From: Candidatus Oxydemutatoraceae bacterium | GTDB lineage: Bacteria; Pseudomonadota; Gammaproteobacteria; Poriferisulfidales; Oxydemutatoraceae | DNA: 64,000 nt | Assembly: GCA_965211995.1 (NCBI GenBank) | Contig: OZ243040.1 | Coordinates: 1,235,363-1,299,362, forward strand | Reading direction: 5' to 3' | In this document: positions 8,136 to 18,395 of the stretch, in pieces | Layout: each line of letters begins with the position of its first letter | Position numbering within the stretch: the first letter of the stretch is position 1 | Notes under the pieces: generated by a model | Databases searched by the model: none | What the model was told of the DNA's origin: nothing | What the model saw: only the letters and a program-made list of their open reading frames with translations | Made by a program: the position numbers and the translations under genes

Positions 8136-9104
8136 ATGCGGAAAACGCTTGCCTGCTTCCTATCCGCGCTGCTTGCGGCCGGCGGCGCCCTCGCGGCGAC
8201 CGCGACCGACGGCAACGGCGTCGTGGTCAGCATCAAACCTCTGCACGCACTGGTGCAAGGGGTAATGGGCGGCACCGGAGAAGCTCGATTGCTGGTCGCA
8301 GACAACGCTTCACCCCACGGCTTCTCCTTCAAACCCTCGCACCTAAAGGCACTGCACGAGGCCGACGTCGTCTTTTACATTGACGAAACGTTCGAGCCGT
8401 TCCTGCACGGCGTCTTTGAAACCTTGCCGGCGCACGTGCGCAAAAACGCGGTGGCGCGGGCGGCGAACTTGACCGTTCTTGACCGCCGCGCAGGCGGCGC
8501 CTGGGAAGCGCACGCCCACGCAAGCCACGCACAAGAGGCCGGCGAAGAAGCCGAAGAAAACCGCAACAATCGCGACCCGCACGTGTGGCTCGACCCCGGC
8601 AACGCGAAAAAGATCGTAACGGCCGTCACCGGGGAACTCGGCGAGATTCACCCCGAAAACCGCGGTGTTTACAGGCACAACGCCCGCGCCGTGACCGCCC
8701 GCCTCGACGCGCTCGAGGCAAGGCTGGAGCGGGAACTCGCCGGCGTCCGCGACGTGCCGTTCGTCGTATTCCACGATGCTTATCAGTATTTTGAGCACCG
8801 TTACGGCCTGACCGGCGTCGGCTCGATCACTTTGAACCCGAACCTGCCTCCTTCGGTGGGCCGCATTCGGGAAATCCGCGGCAAGATCAGCGCCGCCGGC
8901 GCGGTCTGCGTCTTCCGCGAGCCGCAATTCTCCGACCGGCTGATAAAAGCGGTAACCCCCGCGGGCAACGTCAAAAGCGGCGTCCTCGACCCGCTCGGCG
9001 CCGGACTGGAGAACGGGGCGGACTTATATTTCAATCTGCTTGCAAACCTTGCGGAAAACTTCGTGCAATGCCTGGCCGATCCCGAGTCGGCGCGCACCCT
9101 CTAG
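8136..9104 (+). CDS. znuA: periplasmic zinc-binding protein ZnuA
   Basis: Signal peptide, cluster A-I substrate-binding-protein fold, and the characteristic His/acidic-rich loop HAHASHAQEAGEEAEENRNNRDPH. Confidence 0.85.
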   Translation: MRKTLACFLSALLAAGGALAATATDGNGVVVSIKPLHALVQGVMGGTGEARLLVADNASPHGFSFKPSHLKALHEADVVFYIDETFEPFLHGVFETLPAHVRKNAVARAANLTVLDRRAGGAWEAHAHASHAQEAGEEAEENRNNRDPHVWLDPGNAKKIVTAVTGELGEIHPENRGVYRHNARAVTARLDALEARLERELAGVRDVPFVVFHDAYQYFEHRYGLTGVGSITLNPNLPPSVGRIREIRGKISAAGAVCVFREPQFSDRLIKAVTPAGNVKSGVLDPLGAGLENGADLYFNLLANLAENFVQCLADPESARTL

Positions 9105-9408
9105 GTGTAGTTGCCGAATAGAATCTGAAATTGTCTGACCGATCATGAGTCGGCAGCAACTCCTTGGAGAGGCCCTGTTGTACCCGCAAACCTTACGGAT
9201 TGCAGCAGCTGAGCAGGCCCCCGCTTTTAAAGCCAAGCCCCTGCCGCGAAGCCTTGTTATACCGCTATTTCATCCGTGCCCGACTGCGAATCCGCCCTTG
9301 ATTTTTTCGGCTTCCGGTGGACTCGCTTCCGGCAGCCGTGATATTCTGCAAAATTCACCCCCTGAAAATTTATCGGCGAACCACTCTCAAAAAAACAACG
9401 GAGGCAAC

Positions 9409-10287
9409 ATGAAAAACGGCTTCGCAGGCGTCCGGGTCATTTTATTGTTTGCGCTCGGCTTAACGGCCGCATCCGCAGTTTCACAGGAGCGCAACGGGGC
9501 TTATTGGGGGCTCGACCTCGGCGTGTTTTTCCCGCAAAGCATCGCCTCCGATACCAACACCGACGACGTCGCCTCCACCAGTTGCGACGGCTTTCTGTTT
9601 GATAACTCAGCCCCGGCGTGTGCGCGACGCGGGGTGGATTTTATGAACCGCTTTGATATGGAAACCGGCGTGCTCGGCGGTGCCACTGTCGGATACATGA
9701 TGGACCACTTCCGTTTTGAACTCGAATACCTTTACAGAACGGGCGGAGGAGACACCTCTTCTCTGGGAATCATCAATAACAGAGGGGCCGGGGAGTTCGT
9801 GGTCGCCGATGAAAGCTTGGATGACTTTGAGTCGCACCACCTGTTTGCGAACATGTATTACGACTTTTTGAACAGTTCGAGATTTACGCCGTATTTCGGC
9901 ATCGGCATCGGCTGGACAAAAACCCAAGTTGACTACCAGGGGCTTTTTATCAGAAACAGCGCCGAGGTCTTCAGGAGTACTCCCGGCCTGAGAGACGTTG
10001 AAGCGGCGGCCGGAACCGTCTCCCGCAGCGAAGAAGAACTCGACGACGATGGATTCGGCTATCAACTTCTGGTCGGAGCCGATTACTGGATTGCGGAACA
10101 TCTTTCTCTCGGCATGAAAATCCGCTATGCCGAATTCGACGGGATCAGCGACGGACGCCACGAATGGGACCTGCTCAGAAGCCATGAATCGGCGCTCGAG
10201 CCCGGCGGCGACCGCGTCACCCTTGATGTTGACACCGACGATATTCGGTTCTGGGGCGCCTCGCTGAACCTGAAATACCAATTCTAG
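9409..10287 (+). CDS. outer-membrane beta-barrel protein (OmpA-like/Opa-like surface barrel family)
   Basis: Signal peptide MKNGFAGVRVILLFALGLTAASAVS, alternating amphipathic strands, C-terminal ...LNLKYQF ending in Phe. RBS GGAGG precedes the start. Confidence 0.6.
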   Translation: MKNGFAGVRVILLFALGLTAASAVSQERNGAYWGLDLGVFFPQSIASDTNTDDVASTSCDGFLFDNSAPACARRGVDFMNRFDMETGVLGGATVGYMMDHFRFELEYLYRTGGGDTSSLGIINNRGAGEFVVADESLDDFESHHLFANMYYDFLNSSRFTPYFGIGIGWTKTQVDYQGLFIRNSAEVFRSTPGLRDVEAAAGTVSRSEEELDDDGFGYQLLVGADYWIAEHLSLGMKIRYAEFDGISDGRHEWDLLRSHESALEPGGDRVTLDVDTDDIRFWGASLNLKYQF

Positions 10288-10336
10288 CCCGCATTTTTCA
10301 CGCGCGGGCGACGCGACGGGTTCACGGCGGAGAATT

Positions 10337-11299
10337 TCAATAACCGTCGGAGGTTGAGAACCATTTGTAACAGGAATGCCCCAGCCAGCGCCGAAAATGC
10401 CGAACCCCGGCGCACGGGCGGTAACGCCAAGACTTCTCCCTCGGTTTCTCCCGCGTTCTGAAAATCTCCTCAAATCTCGAAACGATGTTCTTTTCTTCCA
10501 GAAACCCGGGCTTGCGGTTATCCGAGAACGCCGGCTCGCTTAAATACTGCCGGTACAAATCATCGTTCCGATCCACTTCGATGACTCTTTGGATCACCGC
10601 GTCCCAACCGTCATAATCGCGGCAATTAATGAACGCTTTGGGGTTGAACTGCCGGTGCACCAACGGATCCCCCCAATAAATCGGAACGGTCGCACCGCCC
10701 AGTGCGTTCACCAGTTTTTCAGTGATATAGGCGGGATGTGAATTATTTTCAAAAGCGATCGTAAACTTGTAGGGACGATAAAAACCGGGCGTGCCGCCCG
10801 CATATCCGGGAACGCGCTTGCCCATGTTATTAAACGCCGCCCCGCCGGCGTCCACGCGCTTATATTCGGACAGTTTATGCAAAAAATCATTCCTGTATGC
10901 GACCCCCGGGTAGTAATTGAACAGTGTTCTCGGTCTCTTTCTGGAATAAACAAAATTGCAAAACCTGGTCTTTAATTTCATCAGTTCATCCACGTCTTTT
11001 TCCGCAAACAGCAACGGATACAGGGGCGAGAAAAAGTAGCCCGGCAGGTAATAATTCCTGCTTGAAGCGGGCGACATGCTGAAAGCGAAATCGTAATTGT
11101 AAAGATCCAGATTGCTTCTTTCATAAGTGTAAAAAATGCGGATGCATTGGTAGCGGCGATAATTGAGGCCCCCGGTCGAGCAGATCAAAAAATCCGGCGT
11201 ATCGCTGATTTCGAGGTCAAAATGCCCGGATAAAAAATCGCGCAACTTACCAGTCCAAGCGATGTTATCCGTAAACTGAATCTTGATGGGCCTGTTCAT
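10337..11299 (-). CDS. GT10 alpha-1,3-fucosyltransferase
   Basis: Carries the FucT signature ...KFTIAFENNSHPAYITEKLVNA... (FENS...Y[IV]TEK). GC content is clearly below the flanks (roughly 50%) and it lies adjacent to tRNA-Met. Confidence 0.75.
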   Translation of the reverse strand: MNRPIKIQFTDNIAWTGKLRDFLSGHFDLEISDTPDFLICSTGGLNYRRYQCIRIFYTYERSNLDLYNYDFAFSMSPASSRNYYLPGYFFSPLYPLLFAEKDVDELMKLKTRFCNFVYSRKRPRTLFNYYPGVAYRNDFLHKLSEYKRVDAGGAAFNNMGKRVPGYAGGTPGFYRPYKFTIAFENNSHPAYITEKLVNALGGATVPIYWGDPLVHRQFNPKAFINCRDYDGWDAVIQRVIEVDRNDDLYRQYLSEPAFSDNRKPGFLEEKNIVSRFEEIFRTREKPREKSWRYRPCAGVRHFRRWLGHSCYKWFSTSDGY

Positions 11300-11350
11300 G
11301 TCCTTGGTCGTGAGTTCCGGGGCACAGCAACGCCGCCGACCGGAGAAGAC

Positions 11351-11426
11351 GGTGGCTATGGCTGGACTTGAACCAGCGACACCGGCATTATGAATGCCGT
11401 GCTCTAACCGACTGAGCTACATAGCC
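11351..11426 (-). tRNA. tRNA-Met (anticodon CAU; elongator, or possibly the tRNA-Ile2 lysidine type)
   Basis: The reverse complement GGCTATGTAGCTCAGTCGGTTAGAGCACGGCATTCATAATGCC...GGTTCAAGTCCAGCCATAGCCACC is close to E. coli metT. Confidence 0.8.
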
Positions 11427-11479
11427 ACAACCCGCTTATTTTAGTACACCACCGAAAGCCCCGCAATCAATGCCGCGGT

Positions 11480-12574
11480 TCAGACGTTAAAGCGGAAATG
11501 CACGACGTCGCCTTCACACACGGCGTAATCCTTGCCTTCCAGCCGCAACTTGCCCGCCTCTTTGGCGCCGTGTTCGCCACCGCAGGCGACGTAGTCCTCG
11601 TAGGCGATCACTTCGGCGCGGATGAACCCTTGCTCAAAGTCGCTGTGGATGCAGCCGGCGGCCTGCGGCGCAAGCGACCCTGTCCGCGTCGTCCAGGCAC
11701 GCGCCTCTTTCGGGCCCGCGGTAAAAAAAGTCAGCAACTCGAGCGCCCGGTAACCCGCCGCGATCACGCGCTCGAGCCCCGACGCGCCGTCTCCCGCGTC
11801 CTCGGCAAAGGCCGCGCGCTCTTGTTCGTCGAGTTCCTGCAACTCGGCCTCAAGTTTCGCGCTCACCGTCAGCAGTTCCAGCCCATTGGCGTCAACGTAT
11901 TTGCGCACTTCGTCCACGCGGCGCGCGCCGTCCTCCCCCCCGCCTTCATCCACGTTGGCCACCACGATCATCGGCTTCGCCGTGATCAGGTTCAGTTCAC
12001 GCGCGGCGGCGCGTTCGGCGGCGTCGAGTTCCAACCCGCGCACGGGCTTGCCCTGAGCCAACTCGTCATAGAGGCGTTGCGCCGCGCGGCGGCGCGCGAG
12101 TTCATCTTTGCCGCCCGCCTTCGCGGCTTTTTCCGCACGCGCGGCGGCGCGTTCGGCGACCTCAAGATCGGCGAGCAGCAACTCGGTGCCGATGGTTTCG
12201 ATATCGGCGACCGGATCGACCCGGTCCGCGACGTGGATCACCTCGCCGCCTTCAAAGCAACGCACCACCTGGGCGATCGTGTGCGTGCGGCGGATATGCT
12301 CGAGAAAGCGGTTGCCGAGCCCCTCGCCCTTTGATGCGCCTGCGACCAACCCGGCGATATCCACGAATTCAAGCACGGTCGGAATCGTCCGCCGTGATTT
12401 TGCGATCCGTGAAATCCTGTCAAGACGCTCGTCGGGCACCGGCACCGTGCCGATGTTCGGCTCGATCGTGCAAAAAGGATAGTTCTCGGCGCCGACGCCC
12501 ATCCGAGTCAGCGCGTTGAACAACGTCGACTTGCCGACGTTCGGCAACCCGACAATGCCGCACTTAAAGCCCAT
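11480..12574 (-). CDS. ychF: ribosome-binding ATPase YchF (Obg-family GTPase)
   Basis: MGFKCGIVGLPNVGKSTLFNALT... G1 motif, TGS C-terminal domain. Start taken at MGFK. Confidence 0.9.
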   Translation of the reverse strand: MGFKCGIVGLPNVGKSTLFNALTRMGVGAENYPFCTIEPNIGTVPVPDERLDRISRIAKSRRTIPTVLEFVDIAGLVAGASKGEGLGNRFLEHIRRTHTIAQVVRCFEGGEVIHVADRVDPVADIETIGTELLLADLEVAERAAARAEKAAKAGGKDELARRRAAQRLYDELAQGKPVRGLELDAAERAAARELNLITAKPMIVVANVDEGGGEDGARRVDEVRKYVDANGLELLTVSAKLEAELQELDEQERAAFAEDAGDGASGLERVIAAGYRALELLTFFTAGPKEARAWTTRTGSLAPQAAGCIHSDFEQGFIRAEVIAYEDYVACGGEHGAKEAGKLRLEGKDYAVCEGDVVHFRFNV

Positions 12575-13160
12575 CGTGCCCGCCGTCTCTGTCGGCGTGC
12601 AGCGCATTGACCGCCGCGTCAAATTCGCCTTGCACGAGTTGCGCGATCACCGCCAGCGCGCAACCGAAACTCGCGCGGATGCCGGCCTCCTCCTCCATGC
12701 TCGCGTCTCCCAATACATGCGACACCACCCGCTCTTTGCTGCCGGGGTGACCGACGCCGATGCGCAACCGCCAGAAATCGGCGCCGAGGTACGCAATGAC
12801 GTCGCGCAGACCGTTGTGCCCGCCGTGGCCGCCGCCCCGCTTCAGCCGCACCCGCGCCGCCGGAAAATCAATTTCGTCGTGCGCGACCAACACCCGTTCC
12901 ATCGCGACTTTGTGAAACGCGGTGAACGCCTGCAAGGCGCGGCCGCTCTGATTCATGTAGGCCGCGGGCTTGAACAGCCACACCGGCGTCCCGGCGATCT
13001 CCACGCGCGCACTCGCGCCGTGCAGTTTCGGTTTGCCCTGCAACTCCGCGCTATATTCGCGCGCGAGCCGATCTACAAACCAGAAACCCGCGTTATGGCG
13101 GTTGTTCTCGTATTCCGCACCGGGATTGCCAAGACCGGCGATCAAAGTGATGCCGCTCAT
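12564..13160 (-). CDS. pth: peptidyl-tRNA hydrolase
   Basis: MSGITLIAGLGNPGAEYENNRHNAGF..., 198 aa. The upstream part of the ORF is an Arg-rich artefact. Confidence 0.9.
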   Translation of the reverse strand: MSGITLIAGLGNPGAEYENNRHNAGFWFVDRLAREYSAELQGKPKLHGASARVEIAGTPVWLFKPAAYMNQSGRALQAFTAFHKVAMERVLVAHDEIDFPAARVRLKRGGGHGGHNGLRDVIAYLGADFWRLRIGVGHPGSKERVVSHVLGDASMEEEAGIRASFGCALAVIAQLVQGEFDAAVNALHADRDGGHDGL

Positions 13161-13215
13161 ACGGTTTGAAGCAATGCTGAAGTGACGCGGCGGCCGGGCG
13201 GGCGCCGCGCCGGCT

Positions 13216-13917
13216 TTATTTCTTGTCGGGCGACTTCGGAGCTTCGGCCTGTTCCGCGGTGTCTTTCTCCGCGTCGGCTCCTTCTTCAGCCTCGGCGGCG
13301 TCCGCGGCCGCTTCGGCGGCGGCTTCCTCTTCCTCGATGACGCGCGGCCTGAACACGCTGACGATCGCGCTGTCGCTCTCCTCACCGTGCGCCAACGCAA
13401 CGAGGGTCACGCCGTCGGGCGCTTTGATGTCGGACAGATGCAGCGACTGCCCGAGGTTGAGTTGCGCAATATCGACTTCGATGAATTCGGGCAGGTCTTT
13501 CGGCAGGCACGACACTTCGACGTCGGTTTGCAGGTGATTGACCACGCCGCCTTCCTGCTTGACGCCGACGCACTCCTCCTGGCCTGCAAAGTGCAGCGGC
13601 ACATGCACCTTGATCTCCTGATCCTCCCTGATGCGCAGCAGATCCAAATGCAGGATCTGAAATTTGCTCGGGTGGCGCTGCAAGTCGCGCAGAATAACGC
13701 GCTCCTCCTTGCCGTTTACTTTCAGGTTCAGGATGTGCGAATAAAAAGCCTCATGTTCGAGGTGACGGATCAGTTCGTTGAATTGTACCGACAGATGCAC
13801 CGGTTCGCCGCCGCCGTACACCACCGCCGGCACCCGCCCGGCCTCGCGCAGACGCCGCATGGCGCTCCTGCCCGTATCGCTGCGCAGGCTTGCGTTCAAC
13901 TCAAATTGATTCTGCAT
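13216..13917 (-). CDS. rplY: 50S ribosomal protein L25 / general stress protein Ctc (long form with acidic tail)
   Basis: MQNQFELNASLRSDTGRSAMRRLREAGRVPAVVYGG... plus a C-terminal Glu/Ala-rich tail. Confidence 0.85.
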   Translation of the reverse strand: MQNQFELNASLRSDTGRSAMRRLREAGRVPAVVYGGGEPVHLSVQFNELIRHLEHEAFYSHILNLKVNGKEERVILRDLQRHPSKFQILHLDLLRIREDQEIKVHVPLHFAGQEECVGVKQEGGVVNHLQTDVEVSCLPKDLPEFIEVDIAQLNLGQSLHLSDIKAPDGVTLVALAHGEESDSAIVSVFRPRVIEEEEAAAEAAADAAEAEEGADAEKDTAEQAEAPKSPDKK

Positions 13918-14033
13918 GGCTGTGTTTCCAAGTCCGCCGCACCGGCGAAACAAGCACGTAGCCCGCCATTATACACAACGGCGCCGGCCATCCGCCCGCT
14001 TCAGAATAACGCGGACTTGTCTCGCGCAGCCGG

Positions 14034-14996
14034 TTACTCCACGAACAGGCTGCTGACGGACGACTCCTCGTGGATGTTGTAGATCGACTTGGCCAGCACC
14101 TCGGCGATGCTGATCTGACGGATGCGCCCGCATTGCGCCGCCTCCTGCGACAGCGGAATCGTGTCGGTCACAACCAGTTCATCGAGCACCGACGCGGCGA
14201 TGTTCGCGGCCGCGCCGCCCGACAGCACCGGGTGCGTCGCGTACGCGACGACCTGCTCCGCACCCCGTCCTTTCAAGGCCTCGGCGGCACGGCACAAAGT
14301 GCCCGCGGTATCAACCAGATCGTCAATGATGACGCAGGATTTGCCCTCGACGTCGCCGATAACGTTCATCACTTTCGCTTCGTTCGGGCGCGGGCGCCGC
14401 TTGTCTATGATCGCGAGGTCGGCGTCATCGAGGCGCTTGGCGATCGCGCGGGCCCTGACCACACCGCCGACGTCGGGCGACACCACCACCCGGTCGGCGC
14501 CGACCCGCTTGGAAACGTCGCCGATCAGCACCGGCGAGGCGTAAACGTTGTCCACCGGCATATTGAAAAAGCCCTGCACCTGCTCGGCGTGCAGGTCCAC
14601 GGTCAGCACGCGGCTGGTCGAAACGCGGTCTATCATGTCGGCGACCACCTTGGCCGAGATTGGCACGCGCATCGAGTGCACCCTGCGGTCCTGGCGGCAG
14701 TAGCCGAAGTAAGGGATCACCGCCGTGATCCTGCTCGCCGACGCGCGGTGCAACGCGTCCACCATGATCAACAACTCCATCAAGTGATCGTTGGTCGGCA
14801 CGCAGGTCGGCTGGATCACGAACACGTCGCCGCCTCTGACGTTCTCGCCGATCTCGACGCGGATCTCGCCGTCGCTGAAGCGGTCAACAACGGCGTTGCC
14901 TAATTTCATTTTCAGGCAGCCGGCGATGCGCTCGGCAAGCGGGCGGTTGGCGTTGCCGGAAAACAACACGATGCGGGCGGGGCCGTTGTGCATCAT
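14034..14996 (-). CDS. prs: ribose-phosphate pyrophosphokinase
   Basis: Prs family, PRPP-binding motif [12 protein letters not shown]. Confidence 0.9.
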   Translation of the reverse strand: MMHNGPARIVLFSGNANRPLAERIAGCLKMKLGNAVVDRFSDGEIRVEIGENVRGGDVFVIQPTCVPTNDHLMELLIMVDALHRASASRITAVIPYFGYCRQDRRVHSMRVPISAKVVADMIDRVSTSRVLTVDLHAEQVQGFFNMPVDNVYASPVLIGDVSKRVGADRVVVSPDVGGVVRARAIAKRLDDADLAIIDKRRPRPNEAKVMNVIGDVEGKSCVIIDDLVDTAGTLCRAAEALKGRGAEQVVAYATHPVLSGGAAANIAASVLDELVVTDTIPLSQEAAQCGRIRQISIAEVLAKSIYNIHEESSVSSLFVE

Positions 14997-15033
14997 TCAC
15001 TCCAGAAAATCAATGACTCCGAGCGGCGGAAGA

Positions 15034-15108
15034 TGGCTGGGCCGGCAGGATTCGAACCTGCGAATGCCGGGATCAAAACCCGGTGCCTTACCACTTGGCG
15101 ACGGCCCA
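15034..15108 (-). tRNA. tRNA-Gln (anticodon UUG)
   Basis: The reverse complement TGGGCCGTCGCCAAGTGGTAAGGCACCGGGTTTTGATCCCGGCATTCGCAGGTTCGAATCCTGCCGGCCCAGCCA sits between prs and ispE. Confidence 0.85.
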
Positions 15109-15123
15109 ATCGTCAACCCTGCG

Positions 15124-15942
15124 TCAAATCCCGCGCGCCGTAAAACCGTTCATCCCGCCGGGCCTCGCCGCGAACGCCGCGAGCACCCGCTTTCGGTCGT
15201 CGAATTCAGCGAACACCGCGCCCCCCGTCCCGCTCAATTTCGCCGCGCCGGCGCCGCGGTAGTCATCGAGCCAGTCCATCGCTGCCGCGACCTGCGGAAA
15301 ACGCCGCCTGACCAGCGGCTCAAACACATTGACCCCTCCACACGCACGGTAACTTTCTATTGTGAGGCGGGCGGCTGAACGTGTCAATTCCGGCGCAGCG
15401 AACAACTCGGCGGTCGCAATTTTCACTCGCGGCAGCAACACCAGGTACCACGCCTCGGGCAGCGCCACCGGTGTCAGCCGCTCGCCGGCGCCTTCGGCCC
15501 ACGCGCTGCGCCCGTGCACGAACACCGGCACGTCGGCGCCCACACAAAAGCCCAACTCGCTCAGCCGCTCGCTGCCGAAGCCGCAGCCCCACAAGCGGTT
15601 CAGCGCGCACAGCGCCGTCGCCGCGTCCGAACTGCCGCCGCCGAGGCCGGTCCCCGGCGGAATGCGCTTGCGCAGCCGCACGTCGGCGCCCATGGCGACG
15701 CCGCCGGTTTCCTTGAGCAACGTCGCGGCGCGCGTCACCAAGTTCGACGTTTCGTCTATCTCGGCCCCGTCGCAGTGCACGCGGATCACTCCGTCGGCGC
15801 GCGTCGAGACGTCGAGTTCGTCGCCGTAGTCGAGCAGCCTGAACAAGGTCTGCAAGTCGTGACGGCCGTCGGCGCGCCGCCCGGTGACGTGCAGAAACAG
15901 GTTCAACTTCGCCGGCGCGGGCAAACGCTTGAGTTCTCGCAT
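15124..15942 (-). CDS. ispE: 4-diphosphocytidyl-2-C-methyl-D-erythritol kinase
   Basis: GHMP kinase, PAPAKLNLFLHVTGRRADG..PGTGLGGGSSDAAT. Confidence 0.9.
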   Translation of the reverse strand: MRELKRLPAPAKLNLFLHVTGRRADGRHDLQTLFRLLDYGDELDVSTRADGVIRVHCDGAEIDETSNLVTRAATLLKETGGVAMGADVRLRKRIPPGTGLGGGSSDAATALCALNRLWGCGFGSERLSELGFCVGADVPVFVHGRSAWAEGAGERLTPVALPEAWYLVLLPRVKIATAELFAAPELTRSAARLTIESYRACGGVNVFEPLVRRRFPQVAAAMDWLDDYRGAGAAKLSGTGGAVFAEFDDRKRVLAAFAARPGGMNGFTARGI

Positions 15943-15958
15943 CGGCCCGGGCGGCGGG

Positions 15959-16648
15959 TCAGATCGTGCGCTCGACGGCGGGGTTGAGATCGAGCAGCCG
16001 CCAGCGGCTCGTCGCGACGGTGACTTCCAGACCCTCGCGGTTCAGCGTCAGCAGTGACGGCAACTCCAGCGCGCTCAGCGCCGCGGCGGCGACCGGCCGA
16101 TAATGCAGATAATTCACCCGCCAGCCCCGTTGTTCGAGTTCCTGCATCCGCCCGTTTCGATCGACGCGCATCGCCGTGACCCGCACGCGCGGGTCGGGCA
16201 CGCCCGCGACCCAGTGACGCAAACTCGAAACCGGAACTTCGACGCCGATCACTGCGGCGACGAGTTCCTCGAACGTGCCGGCGCGATAAACCCGCCCTTT
16301 GCCGTCTGTTGCGTCGGCACCGTCCGCACGGCCGTGCAAGCGCATCAGCACCCGCCCGCCCGGCTCCAGAAGATCCACGCGGTCGCCGGTTTGATCGTGC
16401 AGCCAGCTCAGCCCGGCGCGCCACCGCCACCCGGCGCGCCGGATGCCGACCTCGCCTACGAGTTGCCACGACGACACCCCCTCGACCCGTGTGCGGTGCA
16501 AGGCCCACAGCCGCTCGCTCCCGGTGACCGCCGCCGCGTCCCGCGGCAATTTCGCGCAGCCGCCCGCGCCCGCGGTCAGACCCGCGACCAAGCCCGCGGC
16601 GAACGTCAGTAATGCAGCGCGGCGCAGAGCTTCCATCCGGAGAGGCAT
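15959..16648 (-). CDS. lolB: outer-membrane lipoprotein LolB
   Basis: Lipobox-like LTAGAGGC, LolB fold, conserved position upstream of ispE. The start codon is uncertain (MPLRMEALRR...). Confidence 0.7.
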   Translation of the reverse strand: MPLRMEALRRAALLTFAAGLVAGLTAGAGGCAKLPRDAAAVTGSERLWALHRTRVEGVSSWQLVGEVGIRRAGWRWRAGLSWLHDQTGDRVDLLEPGGRVLMRLHGRADGADATDGKGRVYRAGTFEELVAAVIGVEVPVSSLRHWVAGVPDPRVRVTAMRVDRNGRMQELEQRGWRVNYLHYRPVAAAALSALELPSLLTLNREGLEVTVATSRWRLLDLNPAVERTI

Positions 16649-16661
16649 CGGCGCGCGTGCC

Positions 16662-18395
16662 TCAGCGGGCACAGCCCCCGCCCAACCCCCGCAGGTAATC
16701 GTCGCCGGGAAACTCCGACAGTCCCTGTGCGAGCAACGCTTCGGCTTCGCCGGCGCGTTGCCGCGAACACAGGATCTCGACCAGATGCCCCAACACCTCG
16801 GGGTGGCGCAAACCGGCCATCGCCCGGCGCACGAATCCTTCGGCGACGGCAACGTTGCGCAGGCGAAATTCGACCCAGCCCATGCTGTCGAGGATCGCGG
16901 GGTTGTCCGGCTGCAGCCGATACGCGCGCAGGATGTACGCCTTGGCCTCGTCCAGGCGAACGTTGTGGTCGGCGAGCACGTAGCCCAGCGAGTTCAGCAC
17001 GTCGGCGTTTTCAGGCTCGTTCTCGAGGATGCGCTGCAGATCGGCCTCGACCCGCCCGAGCAGGCCGAGTTCGGCGGCGGCAAGACCGCGCGCGTACAGC
17101 AGGTCGCTGAGTTCGCCGTGCTCCCGCATCGCCCGGGTGTACAGACTGATCGCTTCGCGATGGCGCCCGGCGTCGCTGAGCACCCGCCCGTGCACCAGAT
17201 AAAATTCGACCTTCTCCTGCTCGTCCTCGGCCAAAGCGCGCGCGGTCTCCAACTGCGCCGCCGCTTTTTCATGTTCGCCAAGTTTGCGGTACACCTCGGC
17301 GATCGAGATCTGCGCTTGCTTGAAAAACCCGCCTTGCGGAATCGCGCGGTAGATCACCAGCGCCGTTTGCATCTCCCCGCGCTCCTCGGCTACGCGCCCC
17401 TGATAATAGGCGGCTTCAACGCGCCGCCCCGGAGAGGCCTTGAGTTTGTCGAAAAAACCGGCGGCGGCGGCGAGTTCTCCCCGCTGCATGGACAAGATGC
17501 CGAGCGCCTGGATCACGTCGGCGTTATGCGGGCGGCGGTCATGCACACTGCGAAACTCGCGCAGGGCTTCGTCCGGTCTGCCGTTCTCGAGCAGCAGTCT
17601 TGCGTAGTTGCCCCTGATCTTAACGTTGTCGGGTGCGACCGCGACGCCCGCGGCGGCCGCGGTCAGCCCCGCCTCGACCCGGCCGTCCAAAATCAGCGCC
17701 CAGCCTTTCAATAAATGCGCGCCCGCAAAGCCGGGGTCGAGTTCGACCGCCTTCGCCGCCAACTCGGCGACCCGGCCGTAATCGCCGGTGTCGAGCAAAA
17801 ACACGGCATACACATATTGCGCCCTTGCGTTGCCGCTGAACCGCTGCGCCATCTCCTGCATCCGCTCCCGCGCCTCGACCGGCATTTCAGACAGCAAAGT
17901 CGCGCCGAGCGCCGTAAAGAGACGATTGTCGTTGATGCCCTCGTGTCCGACGACGTCTTCGAGGGCTTGCATCGCGTCTTCAAAACGGCGTCCCAGCAGG
18001 TAGGTGACCGCGAGCATCTGCCCGAGTTCGAGATTCGCGGGCTCGAGTTCGCGCCATTTCTCGCCGAGGCGGACCGCGCCGGCGTAGTCTTTGTTATGCA
18101 GCGCAAGTTTGAACGCGCTGCGCAGAACTTCGAGGTCGTCGGTGCGCCGCGCGGCGTCGAGGTAATGCCCGAGCGCGGCGGCAAAGTCGGCGCGGCGCAC
18201 CGCAAATTCACCGGCCAGCAGCGCGTAGGTCAGATCGGCGCGCCGGCTTGCCTCAACGCTCTTCTCGACCACCGCTCCGTGCTGCAGCAACGGCAGCCGC
18301 GCGGAGGAAGCGCAGGCCGACACAACGACCAGCAAAAACGCCGCGGCGAAACCGCGCAGCCTGAGCGACGGGCCGGTTGGCGGAAAAGTTTGCAT
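16662..18395 (-). CDS. tetratricopeptide-repeat lipoprotein
   Basis: 578 aa, signal peptide and lipobox LVVVSAC, multiple TPR repeats. In the conserved position between lolB and hemA. Confidence 0.75.
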   Translation of the reverse strand: MQTFPPTGPSLRLRGFAAAFLLVVVSACASSARLPLLQHGAVVEKSVEASRRADLTYALLAGEFAVRRADFAAALGHYLDAARRTDDLEVLRSAFKLALHNKDYAGAVRLGEKWRELEPANLELGQMLAVTYLLGRRFEDAMQALEDVVGHEGINDNRLFTALGATLLSEMPVEARERMQEMAQRFSGNARAQYVYAVFLLDTGDYGRVAELAAKAVELDPGFAGAHLLKGWALILDGRVEAGLTAAAAGVAVAPDNVKIRGNYARLLLENGRPDEALREFRSVHDRRPHNADVIQALGILSMQRGELAAAAGFFDKLKASPGRRVEAAYYQGRVAEERGEMQTALVIYRAIPQGGFFKQAQISIAEVYRKLGEHEKAAAQLETARALAEDEQEKVEFYLVHGRVLSDAGRHREAISLYTRAMREHGELSDLLYARGLAAAELGLLGRVEADLQRILENEPENADVLNSLGYVLADHNVRLDEAKAYILRAYRLQPDNPAILDSMGWVEFRLRNVAVAEGFVRRAMAGLRHPEVLGHLVEILCSRQRAGEAEALLAQGLSEFPGDDYLRGLGGGCAR

